Assembly: GCA_945874665.1 (NCBI GenBank)
Contig: CAMCHJ010000002.1
Location: 37,937-101,936, forward strand
DNA length: 64,000 nt
Source of the DNA: Chitinophaga pinensis
GTDB taxonomy: Bacteria; Bacteroidota; Bacteroidia; UBA7662
Direction of reading: 5' to 3'
Shown here: positions 40,680 through 49,653 of the stretch, piece after piece
How positions within the stretch are numbered: position 1 is the first letter of the stretch
Layout: every line of letters starts with the position of its first letter
The notes under the pieces: model-generated
Databases searched by the model: none
What the model was told of the DNA's origin: nothing
Seen by the model: the letters and a program-made list of their open reading frames with translations, nothing else
Translations under genes and position numbers: made by a program

Positions 40680-41546
40680 TTAATTTACGTTGATATAGGC
40701 GGTTTGAAGCGCTTCGGGGACTTCGCCGATGCGGTGTACGAAGGCTACTGCTTTGCAGTTACTCAAGTTCCACGCTGGATTTAAATCAACAATAAAACGA
40801 TATAAGAAAACCCTGTTAGCCTCATAGGTGCTGCTGGCGAGGTTTTGTCCGTTGTATGCCGTCACAGTTTTACGCAATACGTGCTTGTGTACATACGAAG
40901 AATCTACGCCAGTTGGGGTTAGTTGATAATCTACAATGTTATCTTCGGTAAGATACACAGTAAGGTGCAAGGGCCCTTCCAAGTTTTGATTCAGCTTCAC
41001 TTTCACCTCCAAACTCATTTTCATGGCGTTTAGGTCGATGTCACGCGTCATACCGATGTTCACAGGCGCGCCACCAGCAAGCTCGCCACCCACATAATTA
41101 CTCCACTTTTGATCTGAAATGATGATGCGACTTTCATCTGGAAATTTTTTGCGATTTACGCTGCCGGCAGGATAGCCTTGCGCGCCGCCCAAGAGGTTCT
41201 CGAGGCTGTTGCCTTCAGGGATCCGGAAATCGTTGCGGTCAGCATAAGGCACGCTAAAAATACCGGTATGTATGCCCACGGCAACAATGCGGCCAGGGTA
41301 GGTGCTTTGCAAATTGATAATGGTATTGTGGGCACGGGGACAATTTACGCAACGTACACCCGTAAACTCTTCCAGCAAAACCAAACGCGGTTGCGGTGCA
41401 TCAGCCGCTGGCTCCAAGTAGGTGGTATCTGACAAGGCAGTACTCAGTCCCATATTCACCGCAGGGCCTACTTCCATGCACGCCTGCAACGTTATAATAA
41501 GCATAACGCTGGCAAAAGTGATGGTTTTCACAAGGAACTTTTTCAT
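40680..41546 (-). CDS. Omp28-like outer-membrane lipoprotein, paralogue 2, with a CxxC motif.
   Basis: Has a lipobox (LQAC) and an EEFTGVRCVNCP motif. A 2-nt gap separates it from the GGR gene and a 2-nt gap from the upstream barrel gene. Confidence 0.55.
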   Translation of the reverse strand: MKKFLVKTITFASVMLIITLQACMEVGPAVNMGLSTALSDTTYLEPAADAPQPRLVLLEEFTGVRCVNCPRAHNTIINLQSTYPGRIVAVGIHTGIFSVPYADRNDFRIPEGNSLENLLGGAQGYPAGSVNRKKFPDESRIIISDQKWSNYVGGELAGGAPVNIGMTRDIDLNAMKMSLEVKVKLNQNLEGPLHLTVYLTEDNIVDYQLTPTGVDSSYVHKHVLRKTVTAYNGQNLASSTYEANRVFLYRFIVDLNPAWNLSNCKAVAFVHRIGEVPEALQTAYINVN

Positions 41547-41548
41547 GA

Positions 41549-43135
41549 TTAAAAGTTTGAAATCATACTAAAGCGCATTCCGTTAAAGGCGGGTTCTACG
41601 CGGCAAACTCCTCCAGTGCAAATAACGCCTTCTACTTGGCGTACATAACCGCCTGTAAAACGCAATTTGTTCAAATTCATTGCACCAAAGATAGTGTAAT
41701 AATGGATGCGCTTGGCTGCATCTTTGTTGCCGTAATTCCACATATCCATGATGCTGATGCTGTATTTAGGCGCAATGTTGTATTCTACGAGCCCCCACCA
41801 CCACGAGCCTAGATCCTGCTGAGTACCCATGTGAGATACTTCAGCACGTAGCGACTTCTTTTTGCTCAACTTGTAAGTAGCTTCGGCAAAAGGCGTAATG
41901 GTTTGAACGAGTGGTGCACCCGGTTTAAATTCAAATCTCTCTTGATTGTACGTTAAACGCTGGATACCAGCCATGAGGATAAACTTTTTACTGAATTTAT
42001 GCTTGGCTTCTAGGTAAAACTCGCGGTACAATTGGTTGCCTTCGAGATCGCGTACATCAGAAGCATTGAGCTGCAGATTGGTTTTTTCACTCAAACTAAT
42101 CACCGCATCGGCTTGCAAGCCTTGTTCGCCAATGAGCTGGGTAGCGGGGGCATAACGGGCAGTGAGTCTGTAGGTGTTCATGCGCGCTGTAGGGGGAATA
42201 AAATTGATAAGTCCATCGTTCAAAATCTCCAACGGCGACACTCGGAATTCATAATTCTCGGTGCGTTTATACATTACATTGATACCAAAACCCGACACTG
42301 CGTAGCCCAAACCCGTGAGCACCACCGAGCCTGCTTTGTTATTCATGCTGCCGTTGCGGTCGAGTACGGCCTCTCTGCTTTTTCCAGCCACTTCAAAATT
42401 CCAATTCAAATTTCCAAAGTCAATGCTGTTGTAAGCCGAAAAGGCAAAAGCATTGTATTTCGGAATAAAACGCTGGGCCACCGGTAAATTTTCAATATCA
42501 CTCACTACCAACTGCATGGTATTGTTATCGAGGGTGCGGTTTACCACCGAAAAGCCAGGGCGTGCAAAAATGCCTTTGCCTAAGGGTATGTTGCCTTCTA
42601 GGTTTAGTCCTTTTATGACTGGCCTGTAGGTTTCAAAAAGAAATTTTTGTCTTCCTACAAAGCCTTTCACCATCCAGTTGTCGTTAATTTGATAGCGGGC
42701 GTGCATGCCAAACATGGCGTAATCGAGATTTTGTCCACGGCCTTCATACGCCCTAAACGTAATGCCGTTGCCAAACTGGTCATAAAAATTACCAACAGTG
42801 AGCTCAAGCTTGTCTAACTTTTTTCGCACAAACCAAAATCCCAAACCTTGGTTGTTTTGCACGATGTACGGATTGCGGAGTCCCGAATTCAAAAACATAT
42901 CAAAACGCACCCCAACCGTGAGGTCGTCACGGCGATAGTTTAAATTAAGCCAAGCATCGGTCGACGACAACTGCTGGTAATACTGCGGTGGAATGGGGTC
43001 TGATAAAATGGTAGAGTCTAGAAAGAAGAAATTCTGAAAAACCTCCAAATCACCCGTAATTACTCCTTGTGCCTTTAATTGCTGTGTTTGCAGGGCAATT
43101 CCCACACTACACAACAAGATCAAACGTTTTAACAT
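41549..43135 (-). CDS. Outer-membrane beta-barrel protein (DUF6029-like).
   Basis: Has a signal peptide and amphipathic beta-strand periodicity over 528 aa. The C-terminus ends in MISNF with a terminal Phe. Confidence 0.55.
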   Translation of the reverse strand: MLKRLILLCSVGIALQTQQLKAQGVITGDLEVFQNFFFLDSTILSDPIPPQYYQQLSSTDAWLNLNYRRDDLTVGVRFDMFLNSGLRNPYIVQNNQGLGFWFVRKKLDKLELTVGNFYDQFGNGITFRAYEGRGQNLDYAMFGMHARYQINDNWMVKGFVGRQKFLFETYRPVIKGLNLEGNIPLGKGIFARPGFSVVNRTLDNNTMQLVVSDIENLPVAQRFIPKYNAFAFSAYNSIDFGNLNWNFEVAGKSREAVLDRNGSMNNKAGSVVLTGLGYAVSGFGINVMYKRTENYEFRVSPLEILNDGLINFIPPTARMNTYRLTARYAPATQLIGEQGLQADAVISLSEKTNLQLNASDVRDLEGNQLYREFYLEAKHKFSKKFILMAGIQRLTYNQERFEFKPGAPLVQTITPFAEATYKLSKKKSLRAEVSHMGTQQDLGSWWWGLVEYNIAPKYSISIMDMWNYGNKDAAKRIHYYTIFGAMNLNKLRFTGGYVRQVEGVICTGGVCRVEPAFNGMRFSMISNF

Positions 43136-43232
43136 GCTTGTATTTCTTAAAACAGGCTGTTAAATTATTAAATCTATTTGGCTACACGTATGTTTGCCTT
43201 TAGATTTGATGATTCTTTCTATTAAATACGTT

Positions 43233-43736
43233 ATGAAAAAACTGCTCTTTGGTCTTTTGCTACTTGCTGGCTTCCATGTTTCCGCGCAAGAACAACAGGC
43301 GAGTTTGCCGAATGTTAGTCTAAAGGACCTCCAAGGCAATACCGTAAACATTGCCGAGTTGGCTACTGCGGGCAAGCCACTCATTGTTTCGTTTTGGGCA
43401 ACTTGGTGTACGCCTTGCAAAAAGGAGCTTACCAATTATGCTGATTTGTACGAGGACTGGCAGGCCGATTTTGACGTAACCGTAGTAGCTATCAGCATCG
43501 ACGACGCACGAAATACGGCAAAGGTTAAATCTTATGTGAACGGCGTAAAATGGCCATTTCAGGTGCTTTTAGACCCAAATGAGGACATGAAGCGTTCCCT
43601 AAACTTTCAAACGGTACCCTTTACCATCTTGATTAACAAGGAAGGTAAAATCATTTACCGCCACAACAGCTATGTAGAAGGCGATGAATTTGTGATGGAG
43701 GAAAAGCTGAAAAAGCTTAGCGGGCTCGCTCCATAA
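43233..43736 (+). CDS. TlpA-family thiol-disulfide oxidoreductase.
   Basis: Has a signal peptide (MKKLLFGLLLLAGFHVSAQ) and an FWATWCTPCKKE motif. Confidence 0.8.
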   Translation: MKKLLFGLLLLAGFHVSAQEQQASLPNVSLKDLQGNTVNIAELATAGKPLIVSFWATWCTPCKKELTNYADLYEDWQADFDVTVVAISIDDARNTAKVKSYVNGVKWPFQVLLDPNEDMKRSLNFQTVPFTILINKEGKIIYRHNSYVEGDEFVMEEKLKKLSGLAP

Positions 43737-44565
43737 AATAACGATACAACTCGTGTACTGGCTTCTTGAGGATTTTTCCCTTAAGAAGCTTTTTTTCTGC
43801 CATCACCTCATCCAATAAGGGCTCAAAATGATGGGCAATCGATCCTACAAAGTGAATGGGCAGCTCGTGCACCTTGGGGTACCGCATCACATGCACTTCA
43901 AAAAAGCGGCGGAAACCAGCTTTTACCACCTGTTGTACGTAGGGCTCCTGCAGGTGTTCCGACAAAACGCGAGCAAAAGAGGCCAAATACACATTTACGT
44001 TAGGCTCATGGTAGGTTTGATGAAAAATGATTTCCTTCGATAAGTTGTACTTTTCGTTGAGGTGCTTTTCGACTGCTGGCGGAAGCAGTTTATAAAGATA
44101 ATCAGCCAGCAACTGGCGGCCTAAATAACTGCCGCTGGCTTCGTCGCCGAGCAAATAGCCCAGTGCAGGCACGGTTTGATCCCAGTTTTGACCATCATAA
44201 TGACAAGAATTAGAGCCTGTGCCGATGATGCACGTAATGCCTTCTGCATCAAAATTGGTAGCGATGGCCGCGCCGAGGATATCGTGCCCGACTACAATTT
44301 TTGCCTTGGTAAAGAAGGCTTGGAGCGCTCCTTCTACGATGGCGTTGCGGTCGGGACTCGAACAGCCAGCGCCATAGAAGTACACTTCCGTTACCTCTGG
44401 CACGATATCGCGCAAAGGCGATGCATTCAACTCCGTTAAAATGAAGTCGTGGTCATGAAAAAAAGGATTAAAGCCCCGGGTGCTAACGAACTGTTCGTTA
44501 TCGGCTACATATTTCCAATCGGCCTTGGTTGACCCGCTGTCTGCTACTAAAATCATAGGATGCAA
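43717..44565 (-). CDS. BadF/BadG/BcrA/BcrD-type ATPase, N-acetylglucosamine-kinase-like.
   Basis: The N-terminus MILVADSGSTKADW is typical of this family. It is 282 aa and lies immediately downstream of pfkA with no gap. Confidence 0.7.
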   Translation of the reverse strand: MHPMILVADSGSTKADWKYVADNEQFVSTRGFNPFFHDHDFILTELNASPLRDIVPEVTEVYFYGAGCSSPDRNAIVEGALQAFFTKAKIVVGHDILGAAIATNFDAEGITCIIGTGSNSCHYDGQNWDQTVPALGYLLGDEASGSYLGRQLLADYLYKLLPPAVEKHLNEKYNLSKEIIFHQTYHEPNVNVYLASFARVLSEHLQEPYVQQVVKAGFRRFFEVHVMRYPKVHELPIHFVGSIAHHFEPLLDEVMAEKKLLKGKILKKPVHELYRYFMERAR

Positions 44566-45549
44566 TTATATAGATAAGATTTTAGAGATGCGGAATAAAT
44601 CGTCGTCCATCTCCGAATGCATTTTGGATGCCTGCGTAAGTGGGGTGTAAACCACCTTGTTGTTGATGAGCCCGGCCATCATGCGGCTTTCACCGTTGCG
44701 GAGACCTTCAATGGCTGCTACGCCTAGGCGACTGGCCAGTACACGGTCAAAGCAGCTCGGACTCCCTCCTCTTTGAATGTGACCAAGTACCGTTACCTTC
44801 ATCTCATAGCCATCAAACTGCTCTTTTACTTTGCGCGCTACTTCATAGGCCCCGCCTTCTTCGTCACCCTCTGATACGATGACCAAACCTGATGTTTTGC
44901 GATTAGCACGGCCTTTTTTCAGGTTTTTAACCAAGTCGTCGATGCTGGTTTTGGTTTCGGGGATCAAAATGTCCTCACATCCTGCAGCGATGCCAGCGTT
45001 TAAGGCTATATAACCTGCATCACGGCCCATCACCTCTATAAAAAAGAGGCGATTGTGCGCATCGGCGGTATCGCGAATTTTATCAATGCATTCCACCACA
45101 GTATTGGTAGCGGTATCGTAGCCGATGGTAAAATCGGTACCGTACAAATCGTTGTCGATGGTGCCCGGGAGTCCCATCACCGCGATGTCGTATTTTTCAG
45201 AAAAGTGGTAGGCGCCTTTGAAGCTGCCATCGCCGCCAATCACCACCAAGGCATCGATGCTGCGCTCCTTGAGCTGCTGAAAGGCTTTTTCCATGCCGGC
45301 TTCGGTGCGGAACTCTTCAGAACGCGCCGATTTGAGGATGGTGCCGCCCCGATTGATGATGTTACTCACCGAACGGAGGTCCATTTTTTTAAAATCACCT
45401 TTGATGAGGCCATCGTAACCCCTCACCACACCCCACATCTCGAAACCGTAATGTATGCCTGAACGAACCACGGCCCGAATACAAGCATTCATGCCAGGTG
45501 AATCGCCCCCCGATGTTAAAACGGCTACTTTATAAATATTTACTCCCAT
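44566..45549 (-). CDS. pfkA: ATP-dependent 6-phosphofructokinase.
   Basis: Has the N-terminal nucleotide-binding motif (VLTSGGDSPGMNA) and PGTIDND and MGR motifs. Confidence 0.92.
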   Translation of the reverse strand: MGVNIYKVAVLTSGGDSPGMNACIRAVVRSGIHYGFEMWGVVRGYDGLIKGDFKKMDLRSVSNIINRGGTILKSARSEEFRTEAGMEKAFQQLKERSIDALVVIGGDGSFKGAYHFSEKYDIAVMGLPGTIDNDLYGTDFTIGYDTATNTVVECIDKIRDTADAHNRLFFIEVMGRDAGYIALNAGIAAGCEDILIPETKTSIDDLVKNLKKGRANRKTSGLVIVSEGDEEGGAYEVARKVKEQFDGYEMKVTVLGHIQRGGSPSCFDRVLASRLGVAAIEGLRNGESRMMAGLINNKVVYTPLTQASKMHSEMDDDLFRISKILSI

Positions 45550-45723
45550 GATTACAGTTTTGAAAAGCGAGACAATTTAGTGCTTATGCGCACAGCAGAC
45601 AAAAATATTAAAGATCCGGCTAATGTTTATGAAAGATTATTTTTGTTAAAATGTGTATTATTTTTTTGTTAATTAATTTGATTCTTTAATTTTAGAATCT
45701 AAAATCATTTAAACCAAAGAATT

Positions 45724-46503
45724 ATGAAAAAGATTTTTACAGTATTGGCAGCTTGTGGCTTATTTTACTCAGCAGCAAATGCCCAAATTCAAGTAACAGT
45801 TACATTTGACAACTCTGCTGGATCAGCAAACTTGTTGTCTGCTACTGGTGTTCACATGCATTCAGGTGGTGCGGTTGACACCAACTCTGCTTGGTCTTAT
45901 GTTATCGGCGAATGGGGCAATCCTGCAGCTCCAGGCGGCATGACCCAAACTGCTTCTGGTTTCGAGATCACTTTCGATCCAAATGTTTTTTACGGAGCAG
46001 CTTCAAACGGACCAGTACCAGCAGGAAGTAACATCCTTCGCATTGGAATGGTATTCCGCGAAAGTGGCCCTTGTGGTGGCTTTGGTGGTAATTCAACCAA
46101 TTGCATCGAGCAAAAAGACGATTCCAACTCTGATATTTATGTAAACCTTGCCTCTAACCCACCAAGTTCTTCTTGGTCCGGTGTAACGGTAGGTATCGCA
46201 TCTTCTACAAAAGAGTTAGCTGGTGAAAAAATGATCGTTTCTGCTTATCCTAATCCATTTAACGAGATTTTGAACGTATCGTATTTGGTTACAGAGATGC
46301 CGAAAGATGTAAATGTTAGCGTAATCAACATGCTTGGCCAAACGGTTAGCACATTGGTAAACGGAAAAAAAGAAGCAGGCTTGCATAACATGCAGTGGAA
46401 TGCTACCGATATGAACGGAAACCGCGTACCGGTGGGCACTTATTTTGTGCGTTACATGATTGATGGAAAAATTTCTACTCAGAAGGTTGTTCTGAATCAC
46501 TAA
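45724..46503 (+). CDS. T9SS-secreted protein made of a domain homologous to the N-terminal domain of the adjacent alpha-amylase, plus a type-A Por C-terminal sorting domain. Candidate surface glycan-binding protein.
   Basis: Has a signal peptide. Residues about 22-130 align with the amylase N-terminus (VTVTFD/VTVFFD, W..V.G.WG, F.P.VFYG, VFR). The C-terminal roughly 80 aa are a T9SS CTD (SAYPNPF…GTYFVRY…K). Confidence 0.65.
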   Translation: MKKIFTVLAACGLFYSAANAQIQVTVTFDNSAGSANLLSATGVHMHSGGAVDTNSAWSYVIGEWGNPAAPGGMTQTASGFEITFDPNVFYGAASNGPVPAGSNILRIGMVFRESGPCGGFGGNSTNCIEQKDDSNSDIYVNLASNPPSSSWSGVTVGIASSTKELAGEKMIVSAYPNPFNEILNVSYLVTEMPKDVNVSVINMLGQTVSTLVNGKKEAGLHNMQWNATDMNGNRVPVGTYFVRYMIDGKISTQKVVLNH

Positions 46504-46611
46504 TCGCATCCCCATTCAAAAAGCCAGGTTTTACCTGGCTTTTTTTTTACCTTTTTCTGAACTAAATTGCTCCTCTGCCGAGTTCGATATATCCTAAGTC
46601 ATCGTTTACCC

Positions 46612-49446
46612 ATGAAATACCCCTTGAAATCCGTTTTACTGACCATTCTTGTTGCCACCCTCCTCTCAAAAAGCGCATCTAGTCAGGTAGTTCGTTCTTT
46701 ACCGCTTTTTCCAAGTGATAACGATAATGTGACAGTTTTTTTTGATGCAACTCAGGGTAACGGCGCTTTGGCAGGTGTAGCACCTCCGATTTACGCACAT
46801 ACGGGTGTACTAACAAATTTGAGTACTAGTCCAACCGATTGGCGGCATGTGCAAGGTATCTGGGGTCAAGCTTCGCCCAATACCCTGATGACCCCTCAAG
46901 GAAATAATCTGTATAGCATTAGCTTCACTCCACGTGTTTTTTATGGTGTACCCGCAGCAGATACCCTGCGCTCACTGGCTTTTGTGTTTAGAAATACAAA
47001 TGGCTCGATCGTTGGACGTGAAGCAAATGGTGGTGACATATATCTTCCCTTGTACGCAGCTGGACAATTGCACAGCCGCATTTTTACGCCATCGGCGGGC
47101 AGTCCCTTGGTAAATGTTGGCAGTACCATTCCCTTTTTTGGCGCTGCTTCCCAGAGCTGTACCCTATCGGTTTACATCAACGGAGCCTTACAACAAACGG
47201 CTATGGCCGATACCTTACGTACCAACTTAACCTTTACAAGCTCCGGAAATTATCAAGTCGTTTTTACAGCTACTAACGGCAGCAACCAAAAATCTGATAC
47301 ATTGAATTTGGTTGCCTTGCCAAATAGCCTTGTGCAGCCACTTCCAGCGGGCATCAGAGAGGGTATTAATTATCTGAATGATAGCACAGTAACACTTGCC
47401 TTGTTCGCTCCATTCAAGCAACATGCATTTGTAATTGGAGATTTCTGTAATTGGGAACTCGATGTAAATTACTTCATGAACCGCACGCCAGATAGCAATT
47501 GGTATTGGATTACGCTTCATGGACTAACGCCTTCACAAGAATACGGGTTTCAATACCTGATTGATGGTAATCTCAGGGTAGCAGATGCTTTTGCAGAAAA
47601 AGTGCTGGACCCCTGGAACGACCGTTTCATAAGTTCAACCACCTACCCCAATCTAAAACCCTATCCTGTTGATAGAACTAACGGTATCGTAAGCGTGTTT
47701 GAAACAGCAAAAACGCCCTATAACTGGCAAAACAGCAATTTTCAAAGACCAGCCAAAAAGGACTTGGTTATTTATGAACTCTTGATTAGAGATTTTACAA
47801 CTAGTCAGAGGTATCAAAGTGTCATTGACAGTTTAGATTATTTACAGCGTTTAGGTGTGAATTGCATTGGTTTAATGCCAATTATGGAGTTTGAAGGCAA
47901 CAATAGCTGGGGATACAATCCTAGCTTTTACCTGGCCCCAGACAAAGCCTATGGTACAGCCAATAACCTGAAAGCACTCATTGACAGCTGCCACAGCAGG
48001 GGCATAGCAGTCGTCTTAGACATGGTGTTGAATCACGCTTTTGGCCAATCTCCACTCGTGCAAATGTGGTGGGACGCGGGCAATAACAGACCAGCCAGCA
48101 ACAGTCCATATTTTAATACCATTCCCAAGCACGACTTCAATGTTGGCTATGACTTTAACCATGAAACCCTGCCTACAAAGCGACTGGTTCAACGTGTGGT
48201 TCGTCACTGGCTAGAAGAATACCGTTTCGATGGTTACAGATTCGACCTATCTAAGGGATTTACACAGCGCAATACCCTTGGAAATGTAGGGGCATGGGGG
48301 CAATATGACAGCAGTCGGGTTGAGCTGTGGAAAGCTATTCATGACTCCATGCAGCTCATTATGCCGGGGTCATACGTTATTCTCGAGCACTTTGCTGATA
48401 ATCAAGAAGAGCGTACCCTTGCTAACTACGGCATGATGATTTGGGGAAATATGAATCACGCATTCAATGAAGGCACGATGGGCCAAATTGGTGGTTCTAA
48501 CTTTCTTGGAGCAAGCTACAAAAGCAGGAGCTATGCAGAACCACACCTCATCAGTTATGCAGAAAGCCATGATGAAGAGCGCTTAATGTACCGGAATATC
48601 AATTTTGGGTTACAAAATCCAAATTACAATACAAGAAATATTCAAACAGCTTTGAAGAGAATGGAATTGGCTGCGGTTTTCCTACTTGCAATTCCAGGTC
48701 CTAAAATGATTTGGCAATTTGGCGAACTAGGGTATGACTTCAGCATTAACCGTTGTCCGAATGGAACGATCAGCAACAGCTGCCGGACTGATCCTAAGCC
48801 ACCACGTTGGGACTACTTCGTAAATCCGGATCGCAGATACTTATTTAATATTTACGCAGCCATGAATCACCTAAAGGCTTCTGAAGCTGTTTTTGGCACT
48901 GATAATTTCTTTCTCAACGTACAGCCAGCATTTAAACAAATGCGCTTGCTCCACCAAAGCATGGATGTAGTAATAGTGGGTAATTGGGGATTGACACCTT
49001 TGGAAGGAACCACTTTATTTACCAAAACCGGGTGGTGGTATGAGTATTTCACTGGCGATAGTATAAATGTGGCGAATGTACAAACCCTATTAACGCTTGA
49101 TGCAGGGGCATATCGGCTTTATACGTCAAAACGGCTGAGTGCCCCGGATTTGAGTTTAAGTATCGACAAATCTACACCCAACAACACTCAGCTGATTGTT
49201 TATCCGAATCCTGCTCAAAGCCATGCCACCATTCGTTTAAGCAAGCTTGATCAGAAAGGCATGAACACCGTTTTCATCACCAATATGCAAGGTCAACTGA
49301 TTCAAGAAATCAACGTTCGTTCAGAGGGCTCTGAGGCTTTGATTACTTGGGATTTGACAAATAGGACTGGAAACTTAGTGCCTAATGGCATGTATTTCAT
49401 TAAAACAAGTACAGGTTATTTAGGCAAGGTGATCATTCAAAAATAA
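46612..49446 (+). CDS. GH13-family alpha-amylase with an N-terminal accessory domain and a T9SS C-terminal sorting domain.
   Basis: Has a signal peptide from the ATG at 46612, conserved GH13 regions (VVLDMVLNHA, GYRFDLSKGF, EHFAD, AESHDEER) and a C-terminal CTD (VYPNPAQ…GMYFIKT…K). Confidence 0.88.
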   Translation: MKYPLKSVLLTILVATLLSKSASSQVVRSLPLFPSDNDNVTVFFDATQGNGALAGVAPPIYAHTGVLTNLSTSPTDWRHVQGIWGQASPNTLMTPQGNNLYSISFTPRVFYGVPAADTLRSLAFVFRNTNGSIVGREANGGDIYLPLYAAGQLHSRIFTPSAGSPLVNVGSTIPFFGAASQSCTLSVYINGALQQTAMADTLRTNLTFTSSGNYQVVFTATNGSNQKSDTLNLVALPNSLVQPLPAGIREGINYLNDSTVTLALFAPFKQHAFVIGDFCNWELDVNYFMNRTPDSNWYWITLHGLTPSQEYGFQYLIDGNLRVADAFAEKVLDPWNDRFISSTTYPNLKPYPVDRTNGIVSVFETAKTPYNWQNSNFQRPAKKDLVIYELLIRDFTTSQRYQSVIDSLDYLQRLGVNCIGLMPIMEFEGNNSWGYNPSFYLAPDKAYGTANNLKALIDSCHSRGIAVVLDMVLNHAFGQSPLVQMWWDAGNNRPASNSPYFNTIPKHDFNVGYDFNHETLPTKRLVQRVVRHWLEEYRFDGYRFDLSKGFTQRNTLGNVGAWGQYDSSRVELWKAIHDSMQLIMPGSYVILEHFADNQEERTLANYGMMIWGNMNHAFNEGTMGQIGGSNFLGASYKSRSYAEPHLISYAESHDEERLMYRNINFGLQNPNYNTRNIQTALKRMELAAVFLLAIPGPKMIWQFGELGYDFSINRCPNGTISNSCRTDPKPPRWDYFVNPDRRYLFNIYAAMNHLKASEAVFGTDNFFLNVQPAFKQMRLLHQSMDVVIVGNWGLTPLEGTTLFTKTGWWYEYFTGDSINVANVQTLLTLDAGAYRLYTSKRLSAPDLSLSIDKSTPNNTQLIVYPNPAQSHATIRLSKLDQKGMNTVFITNMQGQLIQEINVRSEGSEALITWDLTNRTGNLVPNGMYFIKTSTGYLGKVIIQK

Positions 49447-49466
49447 GGACATGTTTTCCAGGAAAG

Positions 49467-49492
49467 GCTGCTCGCACGAGCAGCTTTTTTTG
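49467..49492 (+). terminator. Rho-independent terminator of the amylase gene.
   Basis: A GCTGCTC stem with loop gcac and GAGCAGC, followed by T8. Confidence 0.8.
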
Positions 49493-49591
49493 TTACTAAG
49501 CACCCTTTCTTGGAACTGGCATATAAAGAACAGGTCGAAACCCTAATGCTAGGGCATGGAGCACCTGCATCTTTGGCTTCTGTATCACCAT

Positions 49592-49625
49592 AAAAAAACC
49601 CGGTAGATTGCACTACCGGGTTTTA
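49592..49625 (-). terminator. Rho-independent terminator downstream of susD.
   Basis: An ACCCGGTAG stem with a 6-nt loop and CTACCGGGT, with an A-run on one side and a T-run on the other. The minus-strand transcript ends hairpin then U7. Confidence 0.75.
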
Positions 49626-49653
49626 AATAGGTTTAGGTTGGTTAAACCCTAGC

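Noticed and set aside
46567-49446. 959-aa version of the amylase ORF starting MLLCRVRY.
   Set aside because: The Met 15 codons downstream (46612) begins a canonical signal peptide (MKYPLKSVLLTILVATLLS). The upstream extension is probably not translated.
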